From positions 1,952,001 through 2,016,000 of the forward strand of contig OZ243972.1 of the NCBI GenBank assembly GCA_965214705.1: a DNA stretch of 64,000 nucleotides, in the 5' to 3' direction. The position numbers and the translations under genes were made by a program. The stretch comes from Alphaproteobacteria bacterium (GTDB taxonomy: Bacteria > Pseudomonadota > Alphaproteobacteria > UBA828). Within the stretch, counting starts at the first letter, position 1. The number at the start of each line of letters is the position of its first letter. This document shows, piece after piece, positions 43,369 through 55,200 of the stretch. The notes under the pieces were generated by a model. The model was not told where the DNA came from. It ran no database searches and saw only the letters and a list, made by a program, of their open reading frames with translations.

Positions 43369-44565
43369 TCAAAACGCGATATCGTTGACACTGGTGATCG
43401 CAAGAATGATTCCGATCATGATGACACCGAGGAATCCACCGACCAGCACGACGGCCAGCGGTTCGATCAGGGTGAGGAACCGCTTCATGCGCCGGCGGCT
43501 GTTCTCGTCATAGAGCGTCGCGAGCGCCCTCAGCATCTCGGCAAGCTGCCCCGATTGCTCGCCGACGCGAAGCAGGCTGTAACCGGTGGGCGTGAGCGCG
43601 CGGCGCTTCTCTAGTGCCGCCGAAAGCGAGGCGCCGCTGCGGACGTCGCTCGTCGCCTGCTCCAGCATTGCCTTGCGTCGGGTGATTCGCACGCTGCTTG
43701 CGGCAAGGCCCAGCGCGTCCAGGAGACCCACCCGACTCGCCAGCATGGCGCTCATGAGTGAAGCCCACTTTGCGGTATCCGTCTCGGTAAACCAGTCGGA
43801 AAGGATCGGCAGCGTGGAGAGGCTGTCCCGGACTCGCTGACGGACACCTTCGCGCCGTACGAGCAGAGCAATGGCAAGGGTGATGACGGCAAGAGCTGCT
43901 GCCAGCTGCCAGCCGTTGGCATTGAACCAGAGACCGGTGTGCATGACGGCTTCCGCCAGCACGGGCAGTTCATTTCCGGTCTCGAGCAAATTGGCGAATT
44001 GAGGGATCACGAAGACAAAGACGAGGAGCACTGCCGCGCAGCCGGCGACGATCAGGATCGACGGGTAGAGCAGCGCGCCGCGCATCTCCGTGGCGACCCG
44101 TTGATCGTACTGCATCTGATCGACGGCCTGGCGCAAAGCCCCCGCGAGCTGACCGTTCAATTCGCCGGCCTCCACCAGGCGATAAACGTAGTCCGGAAGA
44201 GCCAACTGTCCGGCGCGCAGGGCTTCGAGAAAGCTCTCTCCGCGCATGAGCCCCCTGGACATGGCCTCGAAGGCCTGGGCCAGCGAGGGATGCCGGGTGC
44301 CGCTGACTTGAGCCTGCACCGCATTGCCGAGCGAGACACCCGATTCAAGCAGTGTCGCCAATTCGTGAAGTGCCATCATCTGGTCTTGGGCGCCGAGCCG
44401 GCGGCGCAACAGCGGAGGCCGCGTTGCGCGGGGCTCCGTCACCTCGACCACGGTATGGCCCTCGGCACTCAGCTCGCGAACCAGGTCGGAAACAGAGGCG
44501 GCCTCAGCGACTCCCTTCACCACTCGACCGCTGCGATCGACGATCTCGTACTGATACTCCCGCAT
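43369..44565 (-). CDS. gspF: T2SS inner-membrane platform protein GspF
   Basis: ELATLLESGV, AGELNGQL, ALLYP, VGEQSGQL, LIEP. Confidence 0.94.
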   Translation of the reverse strand: MREYQYEIVDRSGRVVKGVAEAASVSDLVRELSAEGHTVVEVTEPRATRPPLLRRRLGAQDQMMALHELATLLESGVSLGNAVQAQVSGTRHPSLAQAFEAMSRGLMRGESFLEALRAGQLALPDYVYRLVEAGELNGQLAGALRQAVDQMQYDQRVATEMRGALLYPSILIVAGCAAVLLVFVFVIPQFANLLETGNELPVLAEAVMHTGLWFNANGWQLAAALAVITLAIALLVRREGVRQRVRDSLSTLPILSDWFTETDTAKWASLMSAMLASRVGLLDALGLAASSVRITRRKAMLEQATSDVRSGASLSAALEKRRALTPTGYSLLRVGEQSGQLAEMLRALATLYDENSRRRMKRFLTLIEPLAVVLVGGFLGVIMIGIILAITSVNDIAF

Positions 44566-44571
44566 CGTGGA

Positions 44572-46287
44572 TCACTCCTCGAGCGTGAGGCGGGTCACTT
44601 CTTCCGCAGTGGTGCGACCATGGGAAGCCTTGAGCAGGCCGTCTTCCAGCAGGGTTCGATGACCCTGCTGCAAGGCCAGCGTCTTCAGTTCATTGAGTTT
44701 CGCCCCTGAAACGATGAGCTCCTGGAGTTCGCCGGTCACCGGAACGAGTTCGTAGATGCCGGTCCTGCCGGTGTAGCCGGTCCGTTCGCAGGCGTCGCAG
44801 CCGTGGACCGTCACCCAGCGGTCGCCGAGCAAGTCCGGAGGGATTCGCTCGAGGCTCTCGCCGAATGCGGAGGGCGGATCGATGGGCTCCGAGCAACGCG
44901 GACATGCCCTGCGCACGAGCCGCTGCGCCTGGACCCCGCGCACCGATGCAGCGACCAGAAACGGCTCCACGCCCATGTCGATCAGTCGCGTGAAGCTGGA
45001 CAGCGCGTCGTTGGTGTGGGCCGTGGACAGCACCAGGTGGCCAGTCATGGCCGAACGGATGGCGATTTCCGCCGTCTCCAGGTCGCGGATCTCGCCGATC
45101 ATGATGACGTCCGGATCCTGACGCAGAATGGCGCGCAAGGCGCGGGCGAAGGTATAGCCGATCTCCGCGTGCGTCTGAATCTGGGTGATGTTGGGCATCT
45201 GGTGCTCGACCGGGTCCTCCACCGTGATGAGCTTCTTGACGCCGTCGTCGATCTCCGTGAGCGCCGAGGCAAGCGTCGTGGATTTCCCCGACCCCGTTGG
45301 TCCGGTCACCAGAATGATGCCGCTGCTGGTCTGGAACCAGCGCCGGAACTGGGAGAGATGATCCGCCTCCATGCCCAGATTCGTCAGGACAAGGTCCGCC
45401 CGCTCCTTCGCCAGCATCCGCAAGACCACGGACTCCCCGAAGGCGCAGGGCACCGTCGACACACGGATGTCCATCTCCTGGCCGGCAATCCGGGTCGAGA
45501 TCCGCCCGTCCTGGGGCAGCCGCCGTTCCGCAATGTCGAGGCCCGATACGAGCTTGATGCGGGATGCGACGGCCGGAAACCGCTCGACCGGTTGCGTCTG
45601 CTTGGTTTGCAGCACGCCGTCGACGCGCATGCGAACCAGGAAATGCTCCTCCGTCGGTTCGATGTGGATGTCCGAGGCCTTCACGTAGACGGCCTGCGCA
45701 AGAAGATTGTTCACGAACTCGATGATCGGCGCCTCTTCGGCCATTTCCGTCAGCTGCCTGGTATCGTCGCCGGAGTAGGGAGCCTGGCTCGCCCGCTCCT
45801 TCTTCACGAACTCGAGAAGATGGTCGATCTGGTGGCCGGTAGCGAGACAATACTTGACCGTTTCGTCCGGATAAAAGTAGCTGAGAACGGCCAGAACGCC
45901 ATGATCCATGATGTCCCGCGCGATACAAAAGAGCTGGCCGTTGCGGCGCCACATCAGCACGCCATTGTCGAGAAACCACTCCTTCTTGATCGGTGCCTCG
46001 GAAATGAACTCATAGACGTCTTTCTTTCCGGGAAGCTCCTCCGCGTTGCGGAGATATTCCGCTCCCTGTATTTCGGCGATTCTTTGAAGAAGAAGGTCTT
46101 CGGAAATGGTGCCGGTCCGCAGAAGTACGGCGTCGAGCCTGCCGCCGATCGAGCGTTGTATCTGCAGGGCTTTGTCCATGTCGGCCTGCTGAACATCGTT
46201 TCTCTCAACCAGCAGTTCGGCAAGGCGCTGCCCGGAATACCCGCCCGATGTTGCGGCGTCCGACACGCGTTCCGGCGACTTGGGCAT
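44572..46287 (-). CDS. gspE: T2SS ATPase GspE (alternative start 46389)
   Basis: ASDIHIEP, LDIAERRLPQDGR, GPTGSGKST, TVEDPVE, LRQDPD, GHLVLSTAH, two CxxC. Confidence 0.96.
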   Translation of the reverse strand: MPKSPERVSDAATSGGYSGQRLAELLVERNDVQQADMDKALQIQRSIGGRLDAVLLRTGTISEDLLLQRIAEIQGAEYLRNAEELPGKKDVYEFISEAPIKKEWFLDNGVLMWRRNGQLFCIARDIMDHGVLAVLSYFYPDETVKYCLATGHQIDHLLEFVKKERASQAPYSGDDTRQLTEMAEEAPIIEFVNNLLAQAVYVKASDIHIEPTEEHFLVRMRVDGVLQTKQTQPVERFPAVASRIKLVSGLDIAERRLPQDGRISTRIAGQEMDIRVSTVPCAFGESVVLRMLAKERADLVLTNLGMEADHLSQFRRWFQTSSGIILVTGPTGSGKSTTLASALTEIDDGVKKLITVEDPVEHQMPNITQIQTHAEIGYTFARALRAILRQDPDVIMIGEIRDLETAEIAIRSAMTGHLVLSTAHTNDALSSFTRLIDMGVEPFLVAASVRGVQAQRLVRRACPRCSEPIDPPSAFGESLERIPPDLLGDRWVTVHGCDACERTGYTGRTGIYELVPVTGELQELIVSGAKLNELKTLALQQGHRTLLEDGLLKASHGRTTAEEVTRLTLEE

Positions 46288-46389
46288 TGGCGGTTGGACT
46301 CCAGCGTCTGGTGTCGGTTCACATACCGTAGCAATTACGCCTGCGTCTGACGAGAGGCGCGCGCTCGGACGGCACGGGGATTCAAGCAT

Positions 46390-47088
46390 CTACCACTCCC
46401 ACACACCCGTCGATTTTAGGCCCCAGAGCAGCAGGGCCACACCGCCGAGATAGGCGCCGAAGGCGACCCTGCTCGTCGCGGGAACCCCGGTTCCCCGGCG
46501 CCAGGACTGCAGCAGAACGACCATGAGTCCAGCCACGGCAGCGATGAGGACCAGGGGCGGCAGCCAAGCCGGGCCGAGCCAGGCGCCCAGTCCGGCCATC
46601 AACTTCACATCGCCCAGGCCGAGCCCCTCGATGCCGCGGTAGCGGAAATAGAGGAAGCGCAGCAAGAAGAAGCTACCGCCGCCGATCGCCGCTCCGATCA
46701 GCGCCTCGGTGAAGCCCGGTGACGGCAGGAACAGCGCCGCCAGCAAGCCGCTCGCCAGCACTGTTGCCGTCAGGCTGTCTGGTAGAATTTGGTGCCGCAA
46801 ATCGGCGATCACCAGCAGAACGAGCAGCCATCCCAGGAAGCATCCTGCCGCGGCTTGTGCATCGTCTCGCACCAGCACAGCGGTGACGATCACCACAGCG
46901 ATCATCGCGAATTCCAGAACCGGAACGACGGGCGAGATTTTCGCGCCACAATGAGGGCATCGGCCGCGACGCATAAGCCACGGGATCAGAGGCACCAAGT
47001 CAGGGGATACGAGCCTGAAGCCCGAGTCCTGGCAGCAATAGCGCGCGCTAATCACGGCGGTTGTTCCGCCACACGGCACAGCCGGCAT
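46390..47088 (-). CDS. gspO: Prepilin peptidase (GspO/PilD family), N-terminus degenerate
   Basis: GRCPHCG, IADLRHQILPD, GLGLGDVKL, AFGAYL. The first CxxC and the N-terminal TM are not evident. Confidence 0.82.
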   Translation of the reverse strand: MPAVPCGGTTAVISARYCCQDSGFRLVSPDLVPLIPWLMRRGRCPHCGAKISPVVPVLEFAMIAVVIVTAVLVRDDAQAAAGCFLGWLLVLLVIADLRHQILPDSLTATVLASGLLAALFLPSPGFTEALIGAAIGGGSFFLLRFLYFRYRGIEGLGLGDVKLMAGLGAWLGPAWLPPLVLIAAVAGLMVVLLQSWRRGTGVPATSRVAFGAYLGGVALLLWGLKSTGVWEW

Positions 47089-47297
47089 CCGACCTTCGGG
47101 CTTACGGTCGGCTCACTGCTCGGGCTCTGAATACCCCTTGTCATCCGGAGCATTCCTCGAGCATAGAGCCGTGTCTGGCGGAGCCCATCGATCACCGGCT
47201 CGGAGGCACAACGTACGGCGAGAGGCCAACACTCTCAGCAAATAGAATTTGCGCACCAGGAAAATGCGTCGCACCTACCACACGTCCGAAGCGGAAA

Positions 47298-49406
47298 TTA
47301 CTGACCACCAGGCAGGAGCGGCGGTCCAGGATCGTCGGCGATAAACGAATGCAGGTCCAGACGGTCTCGGATCTGCCGCGTCAGCTCCCAGCCCTCTTCG
47401 TGATTGGTGATCACGTACGGCGTCACCATGATCAGCAATTCCGTTCGATCTTCCTGAATGGAGTCGGCACGAAATAGCTGGCCAATCCCTGGCAGTTGCC
47501 CGAGGATGGGAACGCCAGTTTCGCCTGCACTTTGGCTGCCGGAAATGAGGCCGCCGAGCAGCAACGATCCGCCGTCCTTGAGCGTCAGGCTGGTGCTGAT
47601 CTGACGGTTCAGGATTGTGGGAGTGCCCGCTAGGCTCGTCGCTGCGGTCGGCCGCGCTTCGCTGAGTTGCTGCGAAATCTGCAGGTCGACTAGCCCGTTG
47701 GCCTGTACAACCGGCTTGATCTCAAGTTGCACGCCGGTCTTGCGGTAGGTGACGTCCTGCAGGATGTTGACTGAATCGACGGTCTGACGATCCTCTTCCG
47801 AAATTCGTGTGATTATAGGGATCTCGTTGCCGACATCGATCGTTGCAGTCTCACCGCTCTTGACGAGAAGGCGCGGCCGAGACCGGATTACGACCCGGTC
47901 GTCCCTGTAGAACAGGTTCAACGCCGCGCGCGTCTCTCCGGCATTGTCCAGAGTCACCGTCAAGCCTGAGCCGCCAAGACCCAGGCCGCCCAGCGTGCCG
48001 GCAAGACCATAGTCATCGACGCTGCCCCTCAAGAGAAACTCGATACCCGATTTCTCCTGATCGGACAGCGTGACTTCCGCAATCAGCACTTCGATCAACG
48101 CCGACGGCACGGACCTGTCGAGTTTTTCGATCACGCTTCGAATCTCGGCCCACTCCTTGCCGGAGCCCCGGAAGAGCAGCATGTTGCGATTCTTGTCGAC
48201 GACGATTCTGGCGCTGGCCGGTTGCGCCTCGGTGGGCCGGGACCCCCGTTCGCCTTCGCCTGCGGCCATCGCGTCCGGCTGAGGTTCGCCGGCCAGACCG
48301 GAGCCGAACATGCGGTTCAGGGTATCGGTCAGCTCTTCTGCCTGGGTATTGAGAACCTCGTACGCAAAAACCGCCGAATCGATCGACTCCTTGCGGCGGG
48401 AATCCAGAAGACGCGCCCATTGCTCGACGTGGTCGAGCGTGGCCTGGTCTGCCGCGAAGGCGACCATCTTGTCCACCTCCGTCAAGGCGAGAAGTATAAT
48501 CGAACCGCCAACTCCGCCGGTGCCGATGCTCGCCTGATACCCTTCGGCGTTGAGAACTTCGTTCAGCGCCCGTGCCAAGTCCTGGGACCGCATGAAGACG
48601 GGTTCGATAATGACGCCGTAGCGCCCGCGCAGTAACGGCTGGTCGAGCACCTCGATCATGGCGAGAGCACGCGCAAGCATGTCGCTGTTGCCCTTGAGCA
48701 GCAGGGCATTGCGATCGGGGTCCTCGATGACTTCCAGGTCCTGGCGGTCGAATGCCGCACTCAACCATCCCCGGACTTGCGGACCGCGAACCACCTTGAG
48801 CTGCACCAACTGGAAAATCACGCGATGGCTGGGCGGAACATCCGGCAACGCACGACCGCTGACGAACAGGGGAACATCGCGCGAGGCGATGTCCTGGCTC
48901 GGAACGAAGGTTAGGATACCTTCCTCTGCCGCTACGATGTCGACGCCGTACTCGCGCAGAACCCGACGGGCCGTCGCAAAGAGCTGGCGCGGCGGCAGTG
49001 GCTCCGTCAACTTGAGAGTCACGAGATCCGACTTGCGTCGCAAGCCCGGTGAAATCAAGAACGACATCCCCAGCTCTTCACCAAAAATTTCGTTGATGAA
49101 GGGCACAAGAGGAATGTTGTGAAAGCTGACACGGATGGGATTTCCGGAGAGATCTTCGCCCAGCCGGTCGGTAATGCCCTCAGCCACCGAACGCTGGATC
49201 ACCACCCCCGGGGTTCGGGACGTGCGCAACTCCTGCTCCACCGGTGTCTCCGCCGGCACTGGCTCCTCCTGCGCCGCGGACACATATTCCTTTGGCGGGC
49301 GGATCGGTTCCGGTAACGGGTCAACCCGAAGTTCCGCACATGCCGACAGTAGCCCCATCACCACCACCAGCATGGCCGAAAAAATGGCGGGACTAGGAAT
49401 TCTCAC
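47298..49406 (-). CDS. gspD: T2SS secretin GspD (lipoprotein type)
   Basis: Lipobox LLSAC, LIEVLIAEV, IDVGNEIP, YRKTGVQLEIKP, GVPILGQLPGIGQLF, ELLIMVTP. Confidence 0.95.
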   Translation of the reverse strand: MRIPSPAIFSAMLVVVMGLLSACAELRVDPLPEPIRPPKEYVSAAQEEPVPAETPVEQELRTSRTPGVVIQRSVAEGITDRLGEDLSGNPIRVSFHNIPLVPFINEIFGEELGMSFLISPGLRRKSDLVTLKLTEPLPPRQLFATARRVLREYGVDIVAAEEGILTFVPSQDIASRDVPLFVSGRALPDVPPSHRVIFQLVQLKVVRGPQVRGWLSAAFDRQDLEVIEDPDRNALLLKGNSDMLARALAMIEVLDQPLLRGRYGVIIEPVFMRSQDLARALNEVLNAEGYQASIGTGGVGGSIILLALTEVDKMVAFAADQATLDHVEQWARLLDSRRKESIDSAVFAYEVLNTQAEELTDTLNRMFGSGLAGEPQPDAMAAGEGERGSRPTEAQPASARIVVDKNRNMLLFRGSGKEWAEIRSVIEKLDRSVPSALIEVLIAEVTLSDQEKSGIEFLLRGSVDDYGLAGTLGGLGLGGSGLTVTLDNAGETRAALNLFYRDDRVVIRSRPRLLVKSGETATIDVGNEIPIITRISEEDRQTVDSVNILQDVTYRKTGVQLEIKPVVQANGLVDLQISQQLSEARPTAATSLAGTPTILNRQISTSLTLKDGGSLLLGGLISGSQSAGETGVPILGQLPGIGQLFRADSIQEDRTELLIMVTPYVITNHEEGWELTRQIRDRLDLHSFIADDPGPPLLPGGQ

Positions 49407-49960
49407 CTCGCCTCCCCAACATCTTGGTCATGTGCCTCGGTTCTCCCAGCCCGCTGTGCGTCATTCGCGATGGAGGGGAACAACAACAGCTCCTCTTCCG
49501 GAAGATCCTCCGCTTTGATCGTGAGACTGTTGTCCGTAACGGAGACCAGAACGCGGCCATCCGGCAGTGTATCGCCGGCGACAAATCTCTCAATTCCGAC
49601 GTTCGGAACGGCAAGCAACACTGTGCGCTGATCCTGCACGGTAATCAACCCAACAAAGTTCATCTTCAGGAGTTCGGGATTGATCCTCGGAGCAGATTGC
49701 GGGTTCGACGTGCTCGGTTCGACGGGCTCTTTCGATGACGGCTGAACATTGCCCCAGCGCCGGCTCGCGAGCAGGGACCCAAGATCTTCTCCGGCTGCCA
49801 GAGCGGCAACGTGGCTGGACAACGCGTCGACGGGCGCCGAGCGAACCGTCACATCGACTTCCGGCACGTGAACGGGCGTAGCGTACGCCGCCGCGATGGT
49901 GGCGCAGCAGGCCAAACCCGCAAGAAGCCAGCGCCGCCAGCCCGATAGTAGCCAGTTCAT
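49403..49960 (-). CDS. T2SS accessory protein (GspC/PilP-like), start MNWLLSG
   Basis: N-terminal TM, C-terminal FVGLI...VAGDTLPDGRVL beta domain; stop overlaps the gspD start. Confidence 0.6.
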   Translation of the reverse strand: MNWLLSGWRRWLLAGLACCATIAAAYATPVHVPEVDVTVRSAPVDALSSHVAALAAGEDLGSLLASRRWGNVQPSSKEPVEPSTSNPQSAPRINPELLKMNFVGLITVQDQRTVLLAVPNVGIERFVAGDTLPDGRVLVSVTDNSLTIKAEDLPEEELLLFPSIANDAQRAGRTEAHDQDVGEAR

Positions 49961-49979
49961 TGTACTCCCCGCGGCGGCG

Positions 49980-50828
49980 ATGAGATCCGGGACAGCCGTC
50001 GCATGTACGCCACGGCGATCGGCAGAGTTGCCTGTGCTTAAGTTTTGCCGCAAGTATAGACGACACTTCAACGACGGGAAGCAATTACTTGGCTCAACGG
50101 TCGGCCAACTGATCAATTCGCAGGCGTCTTCGCGGCCCTCCCTCCTAAAATACGCAGCGGTTTGCTACGACCAAAGCAATGGGGCTTTCGATATCACGTC
50201 GGGTGTGTTTCGTCGCGTATGGCACGCAGCCCGGCAAACCCTGCCGTCACACGGGGAAATCGACGCTTGTTTGACCAAAGTTGGTTGGGACAAGGTTCAA
50301 CATTCCGATGGAAAGGTATACCTGTCTGTGCCGGGTATGGAACTGGATTTCGGAGGCGTTGTGAAGGAATACGCCGCCGATGCGGCCGCCGTTCTCGCCA
50401 GACAACTCGGTATTCGCCATGGTCTGATCAATCTCGGCGGCGACATCTGTATCGTCGGTCCGCAGGCGAGTGACGAGCCTTGGCCGATCGGCATCGTTCA
50501 TCCGCTGAAGACGAACTCTCCAATTGCCACGGTTTGGCTCTTGGAAGGTGCGCTCGCGACCTCGGGCGGATATGAGCGATTCATGGAAATAGAAGGACGA
50601 CGGTACAGTCACCTGATCGATCCCCGGACCGGCTGGCCCATCGACGGGCTGTTGAGCGTCAGTGTTGTTGCGGCCCAGGCGGTTGTCGCAGGTTCCATTG
50701 CTTCGGTGGCGTTGCTGCAACAGCAAGGGAACGGCTTGGAATGGCTTGAGCGATGCGACACGCCCTATCTTGCCATCGACTCGGAGCTCTCTTGCCATGG
50801 CCACCTGGTTGACAGAGTGACGACATGA
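49980..50828 (+). CDS. apbE: ApbE-family FAD:protein FMN transferase, probably 5'-eroded
   Basis: GAFDIT, LDFGGVVKEYAAD, NLGGDI, LATSG.YER, YSHLIDPRTG. The N-terminal ~50 aa are not ApbE-like and there is no export signal. Confidence 0.8.
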   Translation: MRSGTAVACTPRRSAELPVLKFCRKYRRHFNDGKQLLGSTVGQLINSQASSRPSLLKYAAVCYDQSNGAFDITSGVFRRVWHAARQTLPSHGEIDACLTKVGWDKVQHSDGKVYLSVPGMELDFGGVVKEYAADAAAVLARQLGIRHGLINLGGDICIVGPQASDEPWPIGIVHPLKTNSPIATVWLLEGALATSGGYERFMEIEGRRYSHLIDPRTGWPIDGLLSVSVVAAQAVVAGSIASVALLQQQGNGLEWLERCDTPYLAIDSELSCHGHLVDRVTT

Positions 50829-50941
50829 GACGGCATTACCTGGGGAACGTTGAGAATATGTTCAGTTGACGATGACTGCCAACGTGCCTACTCGCCAACG
50901 GGATTACACAGCTTATTTGACTGTCAGGCGCCCACGACTAA

Positions 50942-52207
50942 TCAGACGAAGAACGCAAAGTCTTCGGTATTGTTGAGTGGGAAGCGCACGGCACCCGCCG
51001 AGTGCTCGACGCCGAGGTAGCGGCGCAGCGCCTTGTGCACGTGCTTCGGGTAGATGATCGTGCCGTAGGTGTCGTCGCGGCGGAGCGTCGCCGGGTCGAT
51101 CTTGTAGGCGAAGTGCAGGCCGTCCGTCTCGCCCACCGCGCGCCCGGTCCATGACCGGTTCTTCTCCATGACCGCGTAGCTGCCGATCGGCCAGTGATCC
51201 TTGCCGTTCACCGAGTTGTAGAAGTTGGTGCGCCCGAAGTCCGAGCCGATCACCACCACCATGCGGTCGGCCACGCCGTGCTCCTCGGCGTAGTCCCAGA
51301 GGTAATCCACCGCATCGGTGAGGTTCTCGAACAGCCATTCGTGGAGGGGATCATGATTGGAGTGGGTGTCGAAGCCACCGAGCCACAGGTCTGCGCTGAC
51401 CGCGACCCCGGTCTTGAAGGCCAGCACCGTGAGCTGCGCCTGCCGGCGCAGGGAGCTGCGGTTGTCCTGCGTTTCCACCGGCTGCTCGAGTTGGTCTTCC
51501 GGCGGGATGGCATCGGCATAGGCCTTCAGGCCCTCGGCAGCAAAGGACGAGCCATAGAAGCCGAGATGCATCTCGTCCCCCGGCAGCAGGTCCGGGGCCG
51601 CAGAAAGACGTGCCACCGTCGCCGCCCGGTGCGATGCCATCGCCTCCCAGTCCTCGTCGCTGAAGAACGACCCCATGTCGTCGATGGGAGAGGCGATCTC
51701 GTGCAGCAGACGCGGATCGTCGAGGCGGGTGAAGCGTGTAAGCCCCGCGGTGTTCGAGAAGCCGCCGAAGCTCAGATAGGGCACCGGAAGCGTCGGCGCA
51801 TAATGGGCGGCGCAGAGTGCGCCCAGCGTCGGATAGCCCTCGGAGTTCCGCCCGCTCCAGTTGTGGACGATGCCGACCGAGTGCGCGTTCGTCTGGGCGT
51901 CGACGCCGTTGATGACCAGCATCATGCGGTGATACTTCTCGAAGAACACTTGGTTGCCGGCGAAGGGGGCATAGGGGATGTTGCCGGCTTGGCGGATCTC
52001 GTCGGTCTCCGCCCAGTGGTTGATGACCTTCTCGCCCGGTGTATTGGCCTTGGGGTCGCAGAAGCTGGTGGGGTCCCAGCCGCCATCGGCCTGCACGAAG
52101 ACGAAGAGCTTGCCGGAATGGTCTGCGGCATGGACCAGCGGCAGGCGGAAGCCCGGCGCCGCAGCTGCGAGGGCCAGCAGACCCTTGAGCACGGAGCGTC
52201 GGTTCAT
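50942..52207 (-). CDS. DUF1501-family protein with Tat signal
   Basis: MNRRSVLK, GGWDP..FCDP, GGFDTH, SDFGRT, GKDHW. Confidence 0.9.
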   Translation of the reverse strand: MNRRSVLKGLLALAAAAPGFRLPLVHAADHSGKLFVFVQADGGWDPTSFCDPKANTPGEKVINHWAETDEIRQAGNIPYAPFAGNQVFFEKYHRMMLVINGVDAQTNAHSVGIVHNWSGRNSEGYPTLGALCAAHYAPTLPVPYLSFGGFSNTAGLTRFTRLDDPRLLHEIASPIDDMGSFFSDEDWEAMASHRAATVARLSAAPDLLPGDEMHLGFYGSSFAAEGLKAYADAIPPEDQLEQPVETQDNRSSLRRQAQLTVLAFKTGVAVSADLWLGGFDTHSNHDPLHEWLFENLTDAVDYLWDYAEEHGVADRMVVVIGSDFGRTNFYNSVNGKDHWPIGSYAVMEKNRSWTGRAVGETDGLHFAYKIDPATLRRDDTYGTIIYPKHVHKALRRYLGVEHSAGAVRFPLNNTEDFAFFV

Positions 52208-52217
52208 CCCCGGCCTC

Positions 52218-55200
52218 CTACAGATAGAGATACCGGTAATCCATCAACAGATACGCCAGAACCACGACCCACGAGTAGGCGGTATAGTGAGTATCCTCGA
52301 AGTCGGTACTCTGCATGAAGGAATCTTCACGATCCCAATCTAGTTCATAGTAGAGGTTCCCGTTTTCATCAAATTTCTCCAATATGATATCATCCAATAT
52401 TCCGTCAAAGAAATGTATGTCGTCATATCCACATTCCCACCAAAGAAAGTAATTCATTTCTGAATCTTGTCTACGTTCAGCGATATCAAGAAAGAGCTCG
52501 AATGCGGCGTCTACGTCCGGGGAGTAAGGCGTAACTTCAATGCCCAAGAGTTTGTCATACAACTCAACCATCTTGCCCCTGATCGCCTGGGCGCCGCTGC
52601 CGGAATTCGTTGCATTCAGCACGACTATATCCAGCCGGGGAAGTTCATCTCCGGCCTGATTGGCCCATGCGACGACCTCGATCGTGTATCGTCCTGCCGT
52701 CGGCACGCTGATCGGGACATCCAACGAGCCTTCACAGTGAAGCGAGAAAGTTTCATCGAGTGGACGGTTGCAGTCATCTATCGGCTCCATTGTTTCGAGC
52801 TCGTAACTGGCAACGATTCGGCCCGCTGCGTTGCGCAGATCGAGGCGATCGAGATGAACACTGCGATCCGTCGCAGAACTAACGCCATAATAGTCGTTCA
52901 GGTAGCTCAATCTCACCGTGTGAGAACCTTCGGCGAGCGAGCCTTCGAGCGACAAGGTCTCTCTCCCCGTATGGGAGGCAGCCTCGATCTCGAACGATGC
53001 ACCAAAATTCAGGTCCGGTCTGGTAGAGCGGTCGATGCCCCCAAACAGGCGGCGCCCCTTATCTGGCAACAGATAAAGCTCGCGCAGTACGACTGGACAA
53101 CTGGTCTTCGCAGCGTGTCTCTTAGCCACACCGGCCATGACCGACGTCGCGTTCCGCGCGCGTTCAGTGATCCCGTCCGAGTCGATACCGCCATAAAGTA
53201 ACTTGAATTCTCTATCGAGGCGGCGGGACTGAGCAGCACAATCTTCCCTGCAATCGGTTCTGATATACCGGCCCCACTGATAGCCGGTCAGGGCGGCGGT
53301 CTTGCTCGCCAACTCTTCTGGCGTCAGCAGCCGGCGTGCACCGGCATCGCGCAGCGCAACCCCGCGCACAGGATCGGCGAGGCCGAGCGCATCCGCCCTG
53401 AACCACTTTGAGAGCACCATCTCGACCAGCAGGTCCTTGAGGTTGTAGCGCGCTCCAAAACGGAAGCCCTGCCGGAACCCGTCCGCCAGCCGCCTCACCT
53501 CGGCGCCCTGGGCATTGGCAGCGAGAAGCTGGCCATCGAAATCGGCGTCGCCTTCTTCCGCCGGCGGCTCCGCCACCTCGCTCCCCATGACCGCCGGCCA
53601 CCAGAACTTGACCGTCGCCTCGGCGAAGCGCGGGTCAGCGACGATCTTCCGCGCCAACCACTGCAGACTGTCCTCGCCCTCCGGCGCCTGCTCGCCGCCG
53701 AAGCCGGGGATTCGCATGTCACGATACCACGTGTCGCCCTGTTCATACGGATTGGCGATGAGCGCCAGCCTGGCATACCCATCGTCGCCGTACCGCACAT
53801 CATGCCCGGTCGACCAGGCAACCACTTCGGCGCTGAAAACACCCGACTCCGGAACATTGATGTCGATACGCAGCGCGCACTCGTCGCCACCCCAATTCAG
53901 TCTGAGGTATTCCCCGTGCCCGGTGGCAGAATTATTCGGCTTATCCGCACAATGGGCCTCCCAATCCTCCCCTGGTGGGAGCGGCGGATCCAAGTCCTCG
54001 AACTCCACGCTTGTAACCCGTCGTCCCTGATCATCGAGCACGTCAAGACGGTCGAGATATACGTGACCTCGGTAGTGGGCTTCTCCGTCGTCGTAGTACC
54101 AAGGGTTCGTGTAAGTCGCCTTTATCGACTGGGTGCCGGCCGACAGCGCCAGCGGCCAAGTCAGCGTCTCCCTATCTTGCCAGGATGTGGCTTCGACATT
54201 CTGTTGGGTTCCAAAATCATTCTTGTAGAGTTCATGAAGCGAATCCACGCCGCCACGCTGATCCTTGTAAAGTCCTTCGTCGCCATAGTCCTGGAACGCC
54301 CCTGCGACGGGATCCATGACGGTGTGGCAGACGGTGCAGGCCGGGTTGCGCATGGTTGGATTGTTCGTGTCCGCCAGTGCGACCGCGTCCATGGTCCGCG
54401 AGGCGGAGTTCTCGATATCCACGCCGAGAAAGTGATAGTAGGTCCAGCGCGCCCGCGCCCGGTTGCGGTTGGTGGCCGTCGTGGGATAGCGCTTGAGGAA
54501 CGTCGTCGTATTGAGAATACCGGCGTGTGGATAATTTGTGCGCAGGGAACCCGGATCAGTAATGAGTGTTGCGCCAATTATGGGATCATATTCATGTATG
54601 AAATCCTCACCTTCCCGATAGTAAGAGACTATTTTTGACGGCTTGAACTCTCGGGGATCATCAGCATCGTCGAACGTCGTCGAGGCACCGTAGGCTTTCG
54701 CCGAATACGGGTTGGCCATGATGTAGTCGGCTGTCAGGATTTCCGTGTAGGGACGGTCGTTCTCTACTACATACGCAATCAACTCCAGAGGCGCTCGGCG
54801 CGCACCATGCTGCACTCTTCGCGCCCAGTGGCCAAAAATGTCATCGTTTCCACTCGCTTGAGCTGCCTTCTTTTGACGATATTCTTCTCTGATATAATCG
54901 ACGAACTGGATGCCGCCGATGATTCCCCCGTCGTCTCTATCAGTGAGCAGCCTGTCGTTCGCACCTCTGATGATGAACTCGTGGAACTCGGGCCCTGTCA
55001 TGAGGTTGCGGATGGTTCTGCGCAGCGCCGTGGGGCCGGTGTAGATCGAGGCGTACTCCGCCTCCGTCGGGATGCGGCCCGCGAATATCAGCGCCGCCCG
55101 GCGCAGCGTCTTGCGCAACGACGCCATCCGCACGGGATCGAACAGCGTCTCAACCGTGATCGCCGCAGGTACGACGTCCGCATCCAGCTTCCCCAGGAAG

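Noticed and set aside
47089-47130. Plus-strand peptide FGLTVGSLL resembling the missing prepilin peptidase N-terminus (possible micro-inversion)
   Set aside because: The match is too short to distinguish from chance.
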